Shown here one piece after another: positions 1 to 10,194 of a stretch of 64,000 nt of DNA; position 1 is the stretch's first letter; every line of letters begins with the position of its first letter. Under the pieces are notes generated by a model that had not been told where the DNA came from, did no database searches, and saw only the letters and a program-made list of their open reading frames with translations. The position numbers and the translations under genes are program-made. The DNA is from Candidatus Helarchaeota archaeon (GTDB taxonomy: Archaea > Asgardarchaeota > Lokiarchaeia > Helarchaeales > RDOG01). The stretch spans positions 480,001 through 544,000 of the forward strand of contig JAHPZH010000004.1 of assembly GCA_019058315.1 (NCBI GenBank), given 5' to 3'.

Positions 1-1679
1 TTTTGAGATTAATAGAAGGGAAAATTAATGTTATTACAAGTTATATCATTCGATTAGTTACTAAATCTGGAAAAATAAAGTGGATTGATTGTTACTCCAC
101 ATTATTATCATATGAAGGAAGCAATGCTATTCTAGCTGCATTTTTAGATATTACAGAAAAGAAAAAAATTGAACATAAATTATTGGAATCCGAAGCAAAG
201 TGGCAATCTGTTTTAACTAATACTCCTGCTATAGTTATTATTATAGATTGTAATGGAATAATTAAATATGTTAATCGGACAGTATCAGGATTTTCAATAG
301 AAAGAACAATTGGTACAAGCATTTATGATTATACTCCACAACGATATCATGAAATGATTAGGAAAAAAATTAACAAATCATTCCAAACGGGAGAATCTGG
401 AAGTTATGAAATAGAAGGAATGGGAAATGATGGAACTATTGCATGGTACTCTACACAAATCGGACCAATAAAGCAAGAAGGGCAAATAAATGTGGTTTCG
501 TTAATAATTACGGATATAACGAAACGTATAGAAATAGAACAAAAACTAAAGGAATCTGAGGAAAAATTTCGTTTAAGAATAAAAAATTTGGGCGATATAA
601 TTTTTGAAGTAGATTCAAGAGGAAAGTTTTGTTATATTTCTCCACAAATAAAAGATTTTATTGGTTACAAACCAGAAGAATTGTTAAATAAGGATTCATT
701 TGAATTAGTCCATCCAGAAGATTTAGAATTTGCTAAGAGTCGAATGATACGAGCCCTCCAAAAAGGTGCAACTAGTAATACTTTTGAATATCGTTTAAAA
801 CATAAAGACGGATTTTACAAGACTTTTTCAGTAAAAGGAGGGAAAATAGGAAAAGGCGAAGAGCTAAGGCTTGTATGCTCTGCAAGAGATGTTACTGAGC
901 AGAGAAACACCGAAAAAGCACTAAAAGAATCCCAAAAAGAACTTTTAGAAAAAAGAAAACTAGCTGCAGTAGGTCAACTTGCGGCAGGTGTCGCCCATGA
1001 GCTCAATACACCCCTTGCAAATTTAAATCTCACAGCTGAATATATTTCAAATATACTAAATAAACAAAAGAATAATTCAAATAAAACCATTCTATTACAG
1101 GAAATGATGGATATAAAGGATCAGATTCAATTTTGTGCGAAAATAGTGAAACAACTCCTTCAATTTTCAAGAAAAATGGATTTAAACTTAATTAAAACAG
1201 ATATTTATTCTCTATTGACCGAGATCATAAAAAGCCCCTCAAATATATCAAAACTAAAAGAAAAGGATATTAAAGTAACTATAGAATCCGAAGAGAAATT
1301 CAAAATATATGTCGACAGGGTGCTCCTTTCCCAAGTTTTCCAGAACTTAATAGATAATTCAATAGATGCATTAGAAAATATGAATGGAAAATCTACAATT
1401 AGAATTACTCTCAAAAAGAAAAATAATGAAGTAGAAATAGTTTTTATTGATAATGGTAAGGGTATTAAAGAATCAGATTTATCAAGGGTTTTTGAACCTT
1501 TCTTTTCCACAAAAGGAGTAGGCAAAGGAATAGGACTCGGTCTGGCGATTTGCAGCGGTATAGTTGAGAAACATGGAGGAAATATTAGTATTAATAGCGT
1601 GTTTGGTAAAGGAACAGAGGTAAAAGTTACTTTAGCTTTATTAAAAAATTACAAAAAAAACGAAAAAAATTTTGAATGA
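1..1679 (+). CDS. Multi-PAS sensor histidine kinase (HisKA + HATPase_c), 5'-truncated by the window edge
   Basis: PAS/PAC repeats (HPEDL, RDVTE), H-box AHELNTPL, N-box NLIDNSIDA, G1 DNGKGI, F-box FEPFFSTK, G2 GIGLGL. The frame is open from the window start. Confidence 0.92.
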   Translation, partial: LRLIEGKINVITSYIIRLVTKSGKIKWIDCYSTLLSYEGSNAILAAFLDITEKKKIEHKLLESEAKWQSVLTNTPAIVIIIDCNGIIKYVNRTVSGFSIERTIGTSIYDYTPQRYHEMIRKKINKSFQTGESGSYEIEGMGNDGTIAWYSTQIGPIKQEGQINVVSLIITDITKRIEIEQKLKESEEKFRLRIKNLGDIIFEVDSRGKFCYISPQIKDFIGYKPEELLNKDSFELVHPEDLEFAKSRMIRALQKGATSNTFEYRLKHKDGFYKTFSVKGGKIGKGEELRLVCSARDVTEQRNTEKALKESQKELLEKRKLAAVGQLAAGVAHELNTPLANLNLTAEYISNILNKQKNNSNKTILLQEMMDIKDQIQFCAKIVKQLLQFSRKMDLNLIKTDIYSLLTEIIKSPSNISKLKEKDIKVTIESEEKFKIYVDRVLLSQVFQNLIDNSIDALENMNGKSTIRITLKKKNNEVEIVFIDNGKGIKESDLSRVFEPFFSTKGVGKGIGLGLAICSGIVEKHGGNISINSVFGKGTEVKVTLALLKNYKKNEKNFE

Positions 1680-1871
1680 TTATGTTCATTCCAGTTGAGT
1701 TAATAGCTTTTATATTAATAGTCGGAGTTTATTATAAAATTTTCAAATTTACAGTTATTTAATTTAATTATATCTGGTTAAAAGAAATGATAAGTAAAAA
1801 AGAAGCTAAAATATGGCAAATAAATATTTTTAGATTTTATCTGTCAATTTAATGTGGGAGGTTAAAATAAA

Positions 1872-2537
1872 TTGAGAATACTTATAGTTGATGATGATAA
1901 AATTTTCCTAGATAAAATTAAAAAAATATTAACATTAGATCAACATTCAATAGTAACTTCTATTTCGGGGGAAAATGCGTTATTAGAACTTGAAAAGAAC
2001 GAATTTGACCTCATTTTAACCGATTTAAAAATGCCTGGATTATCTGGGGTAGATTTAATAAAAAAAATAAGAGAAAAGGGAATAGATATAATAATAATTG
2101 TTATAACAGGTTATGGTTCAATAGAATCTGCAGTTGAATCAATGAAATCCGGAGCTTATGACTATATTCTTAAACCCTTCGAAATAACTACTTTAAAAAA
2201 TAAATTAAAAGAAGTTGAAACTGAATTAAAATTAAAACAAAAACCTGTCTTGATAAATCCTGTTTTTAATGAATTAATAAAATTAGTTTTACATCCTGTA
2301 AGAAAGGAAATTATTACAATTCTAAAAACAGAAATAAAATTGAATTTTGACGAAATTTATAAAAAATTAAAAATTGATAATTCAATAAATCTTAATTCTC
2401 ACATTAACCGATTGATTCGAGAAAATGTTATTAAAAAAGACCAAGAATCTTACTCTCTTTCGCCAACTGGAATAATGTTAGTCGATTTTGTTTCACAATT
2501 AGAAAATTTAAGCCATTCATATCCCAGTTCCCAATAA
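1872..2537 (+). CDS. Response regulator, REC + ArsR-like winged HTH
   Basis: ILIVDDD, phospho-Asp in TDLKMP, ITGYG, YILKPF. C-terminal HPVRKEII...LNSHINRL...YSLSPTG wHTH. Shorter paralog of 39321..40454. Confidence 0.9.
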   Translation: MRILIVDDDKIFLDKIKKILTLDQHSIVTSISGENALLELEKNEFDLILTDLKMPGLSGVDLIKKIREKGIDIIIIVITGYGSIESAVESMKSGAYDYILKPFEITTLKNKLKEVETELKLKQKPVLINPVFNELIKLVLHPVRKEIITILKTEIKLNFDEIYKKLKIDNSINLNSHINRLIRENVIKKDQESYSLSPTGIMLVDFVSQLENLSHSYPSSQ

Positions 2538-2650
2538 TAATTACACAAATTTTTAAAAAATGTTAAGTTTAAGAGTTTGTATTTGTTTTTTCTTAACTTA
2601 TTTGACACTCTAGTAAAATAGATTTGAAATTCTTAAAAAGGTAAATAAAG

Positions 2651-5600
2651 ATGATTAATATTACCATAGAAATAAGTAAACAGCTTAATGATCTTGAATT
2701 TGGTGATCATTTATGCTTTATTTATGAAAATCAAGAAGAACAATATCAATTAATAATTCCCTTTTTACTTTTTGGACTAAATAACAATGAAAAGTGTATT
2801 TACATAACTAATGAAAATACAAAAGAGAATATTATTCAAGCTTTCAAAAAAGTCGATGAACTTGAAAAATACGTCAAGTTGAAGCAATTAGAATTTTTTA
2901 CGAAAGAAGAGATATATCTTCAAAGTGGTCATTTTGACCCAGAAAGAATTTTAAATTTATTAATACAAATGGAAAAATTGGCAATTGAAGAAGGATATAA
3001 AGGGTTAAGAGTTACTGGGGAGATGACTTGGATTCTCACAGGTTTGCCAAAAGTTGAAAGGATTCTTGAATATGAGGCAAAATTAAATTATTTTTTACAA
3101 AAAAGTAAATGTATTACCTTATGTCAATATAATAAAACTAAATTTTTACCAAAATTTCTATTAGATATAATTTATACTCATCCTAAAATAATTATTAACA
3201 GTAAATTATGTGAGAATCCTTATTATATCCCTCCAACTGAATTTCTCGCAAGAATGAGGGGAGACATTTCTTACAGCATTTATGAGAGAGTTACAAATGA
3301 TATTTTTGAGAGAATGACAAAAGAGAGAGAAAATAAAGCAGTAATAAAGAAACTAAAAGAATCTAAAGAAAGATACAGATTAATAACTGAAAATGCTAAT
3401 GATATGATCTGTATTTTGAATAAGAAATTTATTTTTGAATACATAAACGAACAAGTTCATCAAAAAATCTTAGGATATACAAAAAATGATCTAATTGGAC
3501 AAAATGTTATCAATTTATTACCTCCTGAATATATTACGGAAAATTTCGTTGAGGAAATAAGGAAAAGATGGGAACCAGGAGAAGCCACGTTCACTCTCAA
3601 ATTTCGGAAAAAAGACGGAACATATATTTGGTTAGAGACAAGAGGGAGGAAGTTCACCGACCTAGATGGGGAAGAGAAGGTATTATTAATTACTAGAGAT
3701 AATAACGAACGTAGATTAGCCGAACGAAGAATTAAGGAGTCCGAGAAAAAATATAGATTAATAACAGAGAATATAAATGATACAATTGCTATTTTAAATA
3801 ACAAATTTAAAGTTGAGTACGTTAACGAAGAAGCACACAGAAAAATATTAGGATATACTAAAGAAGAATTATTCAATTTGGATGCTAATAAGTATATTCA
3901 TCCTGATGATATTTTAAAAATTATTGAATTAGCTAATAGAAATAGGAAAAAAGGAGAAGGAGATGTTGAATTAAGATTCAGGCGAAAAGATCGAAAATAC
4001 GTCTGGATGGAGCTAAGGGGAAAGAAATTTGTCGATCTAGATGGAAAACAAAAATTTATTGTAATTGGTAGAGATATAACTAAACGGAAATTCGATGAGG
4101 ACAAACTTAAGGAATCTGAAGAAAAATATAGGCTTATTACAGAAAATTTAAATGATTTACTTATCATTTTAAATAAAAAGTTTCGAATTGAATATATTAA
4201 TGAGGAAGTTCATCAAAAAATTCTTGGATATAATAGAGAAAATTTAATTAATAAAGATGTCATGCCCCTTTGTCACCCAGATGATTTGGTAAAAGGTCTT
4301 GAATTAGGAAGGAGAAGATGGGAAAAAGGAGAAGGTCAAATAGAATTCAGAATCAAAAAGAAAGATAGAAATTATATCTGGGTAGAGATAAAAGGGAGAA
4401 GGTTCTTCGATAGAGAAGGTAAAGAAAAATTCTTATTTGTAGGTAGAGACATTAACGAACGCAAAAAAGCTGAGCGAGAACTTAAAGAATCTGAAGAACG
4501 ATATCGTTTAATAACAGAAAATGCAAATGATATGATTACTGTTTTTAATCATAAATTTAAATTAATGTATATAAATGAACCAGTTCATCAAAAAGTTTTG
4601 GGATATTCAAAAGATGAAGTTCTAGGTAAGGATACTCTTAAGTTTGTTCATCCTGATGATTATAGTAAAATATTAGAGATGGGAAGGAAAGGTTGGTTTG
4701 AAAAAAGAAGTATTGTTGAATTTAGATGTAAGAAAAAGGATGGAACATATATTTGGCTTGAATCCAAAGCGAGTAGATTCACCAATAAAGATGGAAAAGA
4801 CAGAACAATACTTTTTAGTCGAGATATTACTGGACGGAAACAAGCGGAGGAAAATTTAAAAAAATCTGAAGAAAAATATCGTTTAATCACTGAAAATATA
4901 AGGGACTTAGTTACTATAGTAAATAATGATTTCAATATAGATTTTATAAATCAGGAGACACATAAACAAGTACTAGGGAAAATAGATCAGAATAAAAAAG
5001 GAATTTCTAATTTTGCACAAATACATCCAGATGATTTTGAAAAAATCATTTCACTTATAAAAAAATGCTTTGAAACAGACAAGCTTATTACTTCAACTGT
5101 TAGGCTTAGAAATCAAAATGGCAAATACTTGCTTTTTGAAGTTAAAGGAAAAACATTTATTGATGAATATGGGGATAAAAAAATTATTGCTATATCAAGA
5201 GATATTACTAAACGAAAGGAAACTGAGGATAAACTTAAAGAATCTGAAGAAAAATATCGATTAATAACCGAAAATGCAAATGATTTGATTTATTTACTTA
5301 ATGGCAGATTTGAATTTGAATTTATTAATGAACAGACTTTTTTTAGATTACTAGGTTATTCAAACAAAGATATACTTGGTAAATCTGCAATTACTTTTGT
5401 ATATCTCGAAGATCGTGAAAAAACAGCAAAATCTTATATTAAATGTATTGAAACAGGAAAAGGATCTTTTGAATATAGATTTAGACATAAGAATGGAAAA
5501 TTCATTTGGGTTGAAGCAGAAGGAAGAAAATTTACTAATAATGAAGGAAATGAAAAAATCCTTATTATTTCGAGAGATGTAACTGAAAGAAAAAGAGTAA

Positions 5601-8600
5601 ATGCCAAATTAAAAGAGTCAGAAACAAAATACTCCACTTTAGTAGAACAGGCAAGAGATGGAGTAGCTATAGTACAAGATGGTATTTTCAAATTTGCTAA
5701 TAAAGCTTTAGGGGAAATAACTGGTTATAAGGTTAATGAATTAATTGGTACATCCTTTATAAATTATATTGCCCTCAAACAGAAAGAGGAAGCAGCTCAA
5801 GAAATAAAACAGAGATTAGCTGGAAAAAGAACACCTTTATTATATGAAACTAAAATTCAATGTAAAGATGGCACTATAAAAGATGTAGATGTATCTGCTA
5901 TCTTTATAAAATACAAGGGGAAACTTGCCAATATGGGGGTTTTACGAGATATAACTGACCGTAAGCTAGCAGAACAAAAAATTAAAGAATCAGAAGAGAA
6001 ATATCGATTAATAACGGAAAATGCAAACGATCTAATTTCAATTTTAAATGAAAATATGAAATTTGAATTTATTAATGAAAGAATATATCTAAAAATTTTG
6101 GGTTATTCTAAGGATGAACTAATCGGAAAAAACCCAATTAATTTAATCCATCCAGATGATTTAGAATTTATAGTAAAAACATTTAAAAAAGTTTTTGAAA
6201 CCGAGGAAGAAAGAGCTGAATACAGATTTAAACGAAAAAATGGGACATATATTTGGTTAGATGCCAGAGGGATAATATTTAAAGATGTAGATGGAAAAAG
6301 AAAAGCATTAGTAATATCAACAGATATTTCTGAGCGTAAACAAAATGAGGAAATGATTAAAGAAAAAAATAAGTTTCTTACAAATGTTATAGAATCACTC
6401 ACATATCCATTTTATGTTATTAATGCTAAGGATTATAAGGTTGAGTTATCAAATTTAGCTGGATCTTTTGGTGACTTAACTAAAAATTCAACTTGTTTTT
6501 CTCTTACTCACAAATCAGATAAACCATGCTCAAATGAATGCCTTTGTCCACTTGAAGAAGTAAAAAAGACAAAAAAAGCTGTTGTTACAGAACATTACCA
6601 TTATAATAAAAATGGAAATTCTAAAATTTTTGAGGTTCATGGTTATCCCATACTAGATAAAGATGGAAATATAACTCAAATAATTGAATATTCACTAGAT
6701 ATCTCTGAGCGTAAAAAAGCAGAAGAAAAATTAAAGGAATCCGAAGAAAAATACCATGGTCTATATGATTCCCTTAAGGATGGAGTTTTAATGACAGATA
6801 TGCTTGGTAATATTCTTGAATGTAATCGAGCTTTCTTAGATATGCTTGATTATTCTGAAAATGAAATAAAGAAATTAACTTATCAAGATTTAACTCCTAA
6901 AAAATGGCATAGAATAGAAGATATGATCGTAAAAGAAAAGATTTTGAAAATAGGATATTCTGATGAATATGAAAAAGAATATATCAAAAAGGATGGAACT
7001 GTTTTACCCGTTAATATCAGAGTTTGGTTAATAAAAAATGAACAGGGGAAAGCCAAGGGTATGTGGGGGATTGTTAGAAATATCACTGAGCGTAAAAAAG
7101 CAGAAAAAGAATTAAAAGAATCTGAAGAAAAATATCGTTTAATAACAGAAAATGCAAATGATATAATTGCGGTTATAAATGACAGATTCAAATTTGAATT
7201 TATTAATGAAAAAACATTTCAGAAAATAACCGGCTATTCAAAAAATGAGGTAATTGGAAAAGATCTTTTTAAATTTATACATGCAGAGGATCAATTCATT
7301 GTATTTAGTGAAGGTAAAAAATATTGGAAAACAGGGGAAGGTATTTCTGAAATTAGGATAAGAATAAAATCTGGTGATTATAGATGGTTTGAAACTAAGG
7401 GAAAAAAATATTATAATACTCAAGGAAAATTTAGACTATTATTTTTTTGTAGAGATATTACAGAACGTAGGAAAGCAGAACAGGATTTGAGAGAATCCGA
7501 AGAAAAATTTAGAACAATTACTGAACAATCTTCGATGGGAATTTACATTGTACAAAGTAATTCAATTGTGTATATGAATAATGTAGTATCAAAAATAAAC
7601 GAATATACTATTCAAGAGATGATGAAATGGTCTCCAAACGACTTTTTAAAGACTGTTCATCCAGATGATCTGCCCTTAATACTCCAACGAATGAATATAA
7701 TCCAAAATCGAGAAATGAATCTTGAACCATTTACTAATAGAATAATCACAAAATTTGGTAACATGAAATGGATTGAAATATACACTAAATCCATTCAATA
7801 TCAAGGAAAATCAGCATTACTAGGTATAATTATCGATGTTACCGAAAAGAAAAAGGCAGAAGCAAATTATCAAGATTTATATCACAGTGCTCCCATCGCT
7901 TACTTATCAATTGGTGAGAATAGCGAAATAAAAATGGTAAATGAAGCAGCTGAACGATTTTTAGGCTATAATTTAAGTGAATTTCAAAAAATGAGGGTTT
8001 TCGATCTCTATGCAGAAGAATCAAAGACAAAAGCTCAGCATTTATTTAAAAAATTTAAGCATGGTGGTTCATGGAAAAATATAGAAATGTTATATAAGAA
8101 AAAAAATGGGGAAAAAGTTTATGGACTTCTATCAGTCAGTCCCATTATAGGAGAAGGGGGGAAAGTCTTAGAAAGTCGCTCAGTCATAGTAGATATCACT
8201 GAAAAGAAAGAATCAGAGAGAGCGTTAAAAGAAGAAAGAGAAAGAGCGCAAAAATATCTTGATATTGCTGGAGTAATTTTTCTGGCAACTAATTTAGAAG
8301 GTAAAGTAACTCTTATTAATCAAAAAGGATGCGAAATCTTGGGATATGAGCAAAATGAGATTATTGATAAAAATTGGTTGGAAAATTTTCTTCCAGAAAT
8401 AGTGAAAGATGAAGTAAGATCAATTTTTTTAAAAGCTATAAATGGGAATTTAGAATCGTTTGAATATAACGAGACTCCCATCCTAACCAAAGACGGGAAA
8501 GAATTGTATATTGCATGGCACAACACAATTCTAAAAGATGAAAACGGAGAAGCAATAGGTACCCTAAGTTCGGGCGAGGACATCACCAAACGAAAACTGG

Positions 8601-10117
8601 CAGAGTTAAAACTTATAGAATCTGAATTAAAATATCGCTTGATTTCAGAGAACGCAAATGATTTGATTTCAGTGATTAATCAAAGAATTGAATTTGAATA
8701 TATCAATGAAGAGGCTTACCAGAAATTATTAGGTATTTCTAGAGGAGAAATAATCGGAAGATCACCATTAGATCTTATACATCCCGATGATCTTGAAACT
8801 GCGATTAAAACTTTCAAAATAAGTTTTAAAACTGGAGAAGGAATGAGTGAATTAAGACTCAAAAGAAAGGATGGAACTTATATCTGGTTTGAAGTTAAAG
8901 GAAAGACTTTCCTAGATAAGGATGGAGAAATTAAAGCAATTGTAATCTCAAGAGATATTACGGATAGAAAGTGGGCAGAAAAGAAAATTTTAGAAAGTGA
9001 GGAAAAATTTAGGACGATTTCAGAAAATACTTTTACTGGGATTATTATCTTACAAGATAATAAGGTGAAATATGCGAATTTAGGAATGGAAAAAATTACT
9101 GAATATTCTAAAAAAGCTATAATGAACTGGACAATAAAAAATTTAATCGATAATTTTCATCCCGCACATAAACCCTTTGTTATAGAACGTCTACGAAAAA
9201 AATCTACTGGAGAGACGACTTTTGTCCCCAATTATACATTTAAATTCTTTTCAAAATCACAGAACGTTAAATGGATTGAAATATATTCTAAAGTCATAAA
9301 TTATCAAGAATCACCTGCAGATTTAATCATTTTTATAGATGTTACAGAAAGAAAAGAAATTGAAAATGAGTTAATAAAAAGCCAACAAGAACTCATGGAA
9401 AAAAATAAATTAGCTGCAGTCGGTCAGCTTGCAGCTGGTGTAGCACACGGGCTTAATACACCTCTAGCAAATATAAACCTAACTGCTGAATATATTTATG
9501 ATTTAGTACATGAAAGGATGAATTTACCAAATTCAACTATACTATTAAAGGAGATCGCGGATATTAAAACTCAAGTTCAATTTTGTGCACAAATTGTCAA
9601 GGATCTCCTTCAATTTTCAAGAAAAATGGATTTAAACTTAAGTAAATTTGAACTTAATGAGTTATTTAAGGAAATCGTTGAATCTCCAGCAATATCATCG
9701 AAAATAAGCAAAAATAGAATAGAAATCTTATTTGAAAATAAAAAAATCTCTGAAATGGAAGGTGATAAAAGGCTCCTGTTCGAAGTTTTCCAGAACCTTA
9801 TAAATAATTCCATTGATGCACTAAAAGATAAAAAAGTCAGACCAGAAATTAAAATAAGACTTCTTAATAGGGATAATAAACTGGAAATAAAAATAGTGGA
9901 TAATGGAATCGGGATTAAACCATCAGATATGCCTAGAATTTTTGAACCATTTTTTTCGACAAAACAAGTAGGTCAAGGAACAGGACTCGGGTTGTCGATC
10001 TGTCGGGGAATAATCGAGAAGCATGGAGGAAAAATCAGTATTAATAGTATTTATGGAAAAGGAACCGAAGTTATAGTTACATTGCCAATATATTACTCTA
10101 TAAAAAATAAGGTATAA
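2651..10117 (+). CDS. Giant sensor histidine kinase: MEDS + ~16 PAS + HisKA/HATPase
   Basis: N-terminal MEDS motifs (GDHLCFIYE, GLRVTGEMTW, EYEAKLN, LCQYN, THP). 16 PAS units counted from ESEEKYRLITENAND-type linkers. H-box AHGLNTPL, with intact N/G1/F/G2 boxes. Confidence 0.93.
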   Translation: MINITIEISKQLNDLEFGDHLCFIYENQEEQYQLIIPFLLFGLNNNEKCIYITNENTKENIIQAFKKVDELEKYVKLKQLEFFTKEEIYLQSGHFDPERILNLLIQMEKLAIEEGYKGLRVTGEMTWILTGLPKVERILEYEAKLNYFLQKSKCITLCQYNKTKFLPKFLLDIIYTHPKIIINSKLCENPYYIPPTEFLARMRGDISYSIYERVTNDIFERMTKERENKAVIKKLKESKERYRLITENANDMICILNKKFIFEYINEQVHQKILGYTKNDLIGQNVINLLPPEYITENFVEEIRKRWEPGEATFTLKFRKKDGTYIWLETRGRKFTDLDGEEKVLLITRDNNERRLAERRIKESEKKYRLITENINDTIAILNNKFKVEYVNEEAHRKILGYTKEELFNLDANKYIHPDDILKIIELANRNRKKGEGDVELRFRRKDRKYVWMELRGKKFVDLDGKQKFIVIGRDITKRKFDEDKLKESEEKYRLITENLNDLLIILNKKFRIEYINEEVHQKILGYNRENLINKDVMPLCHPDDLVKGLELGRRRWEKGEGQIEFRIKKKDRNYIWVEIKGRRFFDREGKEKFLFVGRDINERKKAERELKESEERYRLITENANDMITVFNHKFKLMYINEPVHQKVLGYSKDEVLGKDTLKFVHPDDYSKILEMGRKGWFEKRSIVEFRCKKKDGTYIWLESKASRFTNKDGKDRTILFSRDITGRKQAEENLKKSEEKYRLITENIRDLVTIVNNDFNIDFINQETHKQVLGKIDQNKKGISNFAQIHPDDFEKIISLIKKCFETDKLITSTVRLRNQNGKYLLFEVKGKTFIDEYGDKKIIAISRDITKRKETEDKLKESEEKYRLITENANDLIYLLNGRFEFEFINEQTFFRLLGYSNKDILGKSAITFVYLEDREKTAKSYIKCIETGKGSFEYRFRHKNGKFIWVEAEGRKFTNNEGNEKILIISRDVTERKRVNAKLKESETKYSTLVEQARDGVAIVQDGIFKFANKALGEITGYKVNELIGTSFINYIALKQKEEAAQEIKQRLAGKRTPLLYETKIQCKDGTIKDVDVSAIFIKYKGKLANMGVLRDITDRKLAEQKIKESEEKYRLITENANDLISILNENMKFEFINERIYLKILGYSKDELIGKNPINLIHPDDLEFIVKTFKKVFETEEERAEYRFKRKNGTYIWLDARGIIFKDVDGKRKALVISTDISERKQNEEMIKEKNKFLTNVIESLTYPFYVINAKDYKVELSNLAGSFGDLTKNSTCFSLTHKSDKPCSNECLCPLEEVKKTKKAVVTEHYHYNKNGNSKIFEVHGYPILDKDGNITQIIEYSLDISERKKAEEKLKESEEKYHGLYDSLKDGVLMTDMLGNILECNRAFLDMLDYSENEIKKLTYQDLTPKKWHRIEDMIVKEKILKIGYSDEYEKEYIKKDGTVLPVNIRVWLIKNEQGKAKGMWGIVRNITERKKAEKELKESEEKYRLITENANDIIAVINDRFKFEFINEKTFQKITGYSKNEVIGKDLFKFIHAEDQFIVFSEGKKYWKTGEGISEIRIRIKSGDYRWFETKGKKYYNTQGKFRLLFFCRDITERRKAEQDLRESEEKFRTITEQSSMGIYIVQSNSIVYMNNVVSKINEYTIQEMMKWSPNDFLKTVHPDDLPLILQRMNIIQNREMNLEPFTNRIITKFGNMKWIEIYTKSIQYQGKSALLGIIIDVTEKKKAEANYQDLYHSAPIAYLSIGENSEIKMVNEAAERFLGYNLSEFQKMRVFDLYAEESKTKAQHLFKKFKHGGSWKNIEMLYKKKNGEKVYGLLSVSPIIGEGGKVLESRSVIVDITEKKESERALKEERERAQKYLDIAGVIFLATNLEGKVTLINQKGCEILGYEQNEIIDKNWLENFLPEIVKDEVRSIFLKAINGNLESFEYNETPILTKDGKELYIAWHNTILKDENGEAIGTLSSGEDITKRKLAELKLIESELKYRLISENANDLISVINQRIEFEYINEEAYQKLLGISRGEIIGRSPLDLIHPDDLETAIKTFKISFKTGEGMSELRLKRKDGTYIWFEVKGKTFLDKDGEIKAIVISRDITDRKWAEKKILESEEKFRTISENTFTGIIILQDNKVKYANLGMEKITEYSKKAIMNWTIKNLIDNFHPAHKPFVIERLRKKSTGETTFVPNYTFKFFSKSQNVKWIEIYSKVINYQESPADLIIFIDVTERKEIENELIKSQQELMEKNKLAAVGQLAAGVAHGLNTPLANINLTAEYIYDLVHERMNLPNSTILLKEIADIKTQVQFCAQIVKDLLQFSRKMDLNLSKFELNELFKEIVESPAISSKISKNRIEILFENKKISEMEGDKRLLFEVFQNLINNSIDALKDKKVRPEIKIRLLNRDNKLEIKIVDNGIGIKPSDMPRIFEPFFSTKQVGQGTGLGLSICRGIIEKHGGKISINSIYGKGTEVIVTLPIYYSIKNKV

Positions 10118-10194
10118 TTTTTAAAAATTTATAAATAGTACAATATGTTAAAAATATAATTAAATGGGTTAAATTTATTTATGGGTGAAATTTT

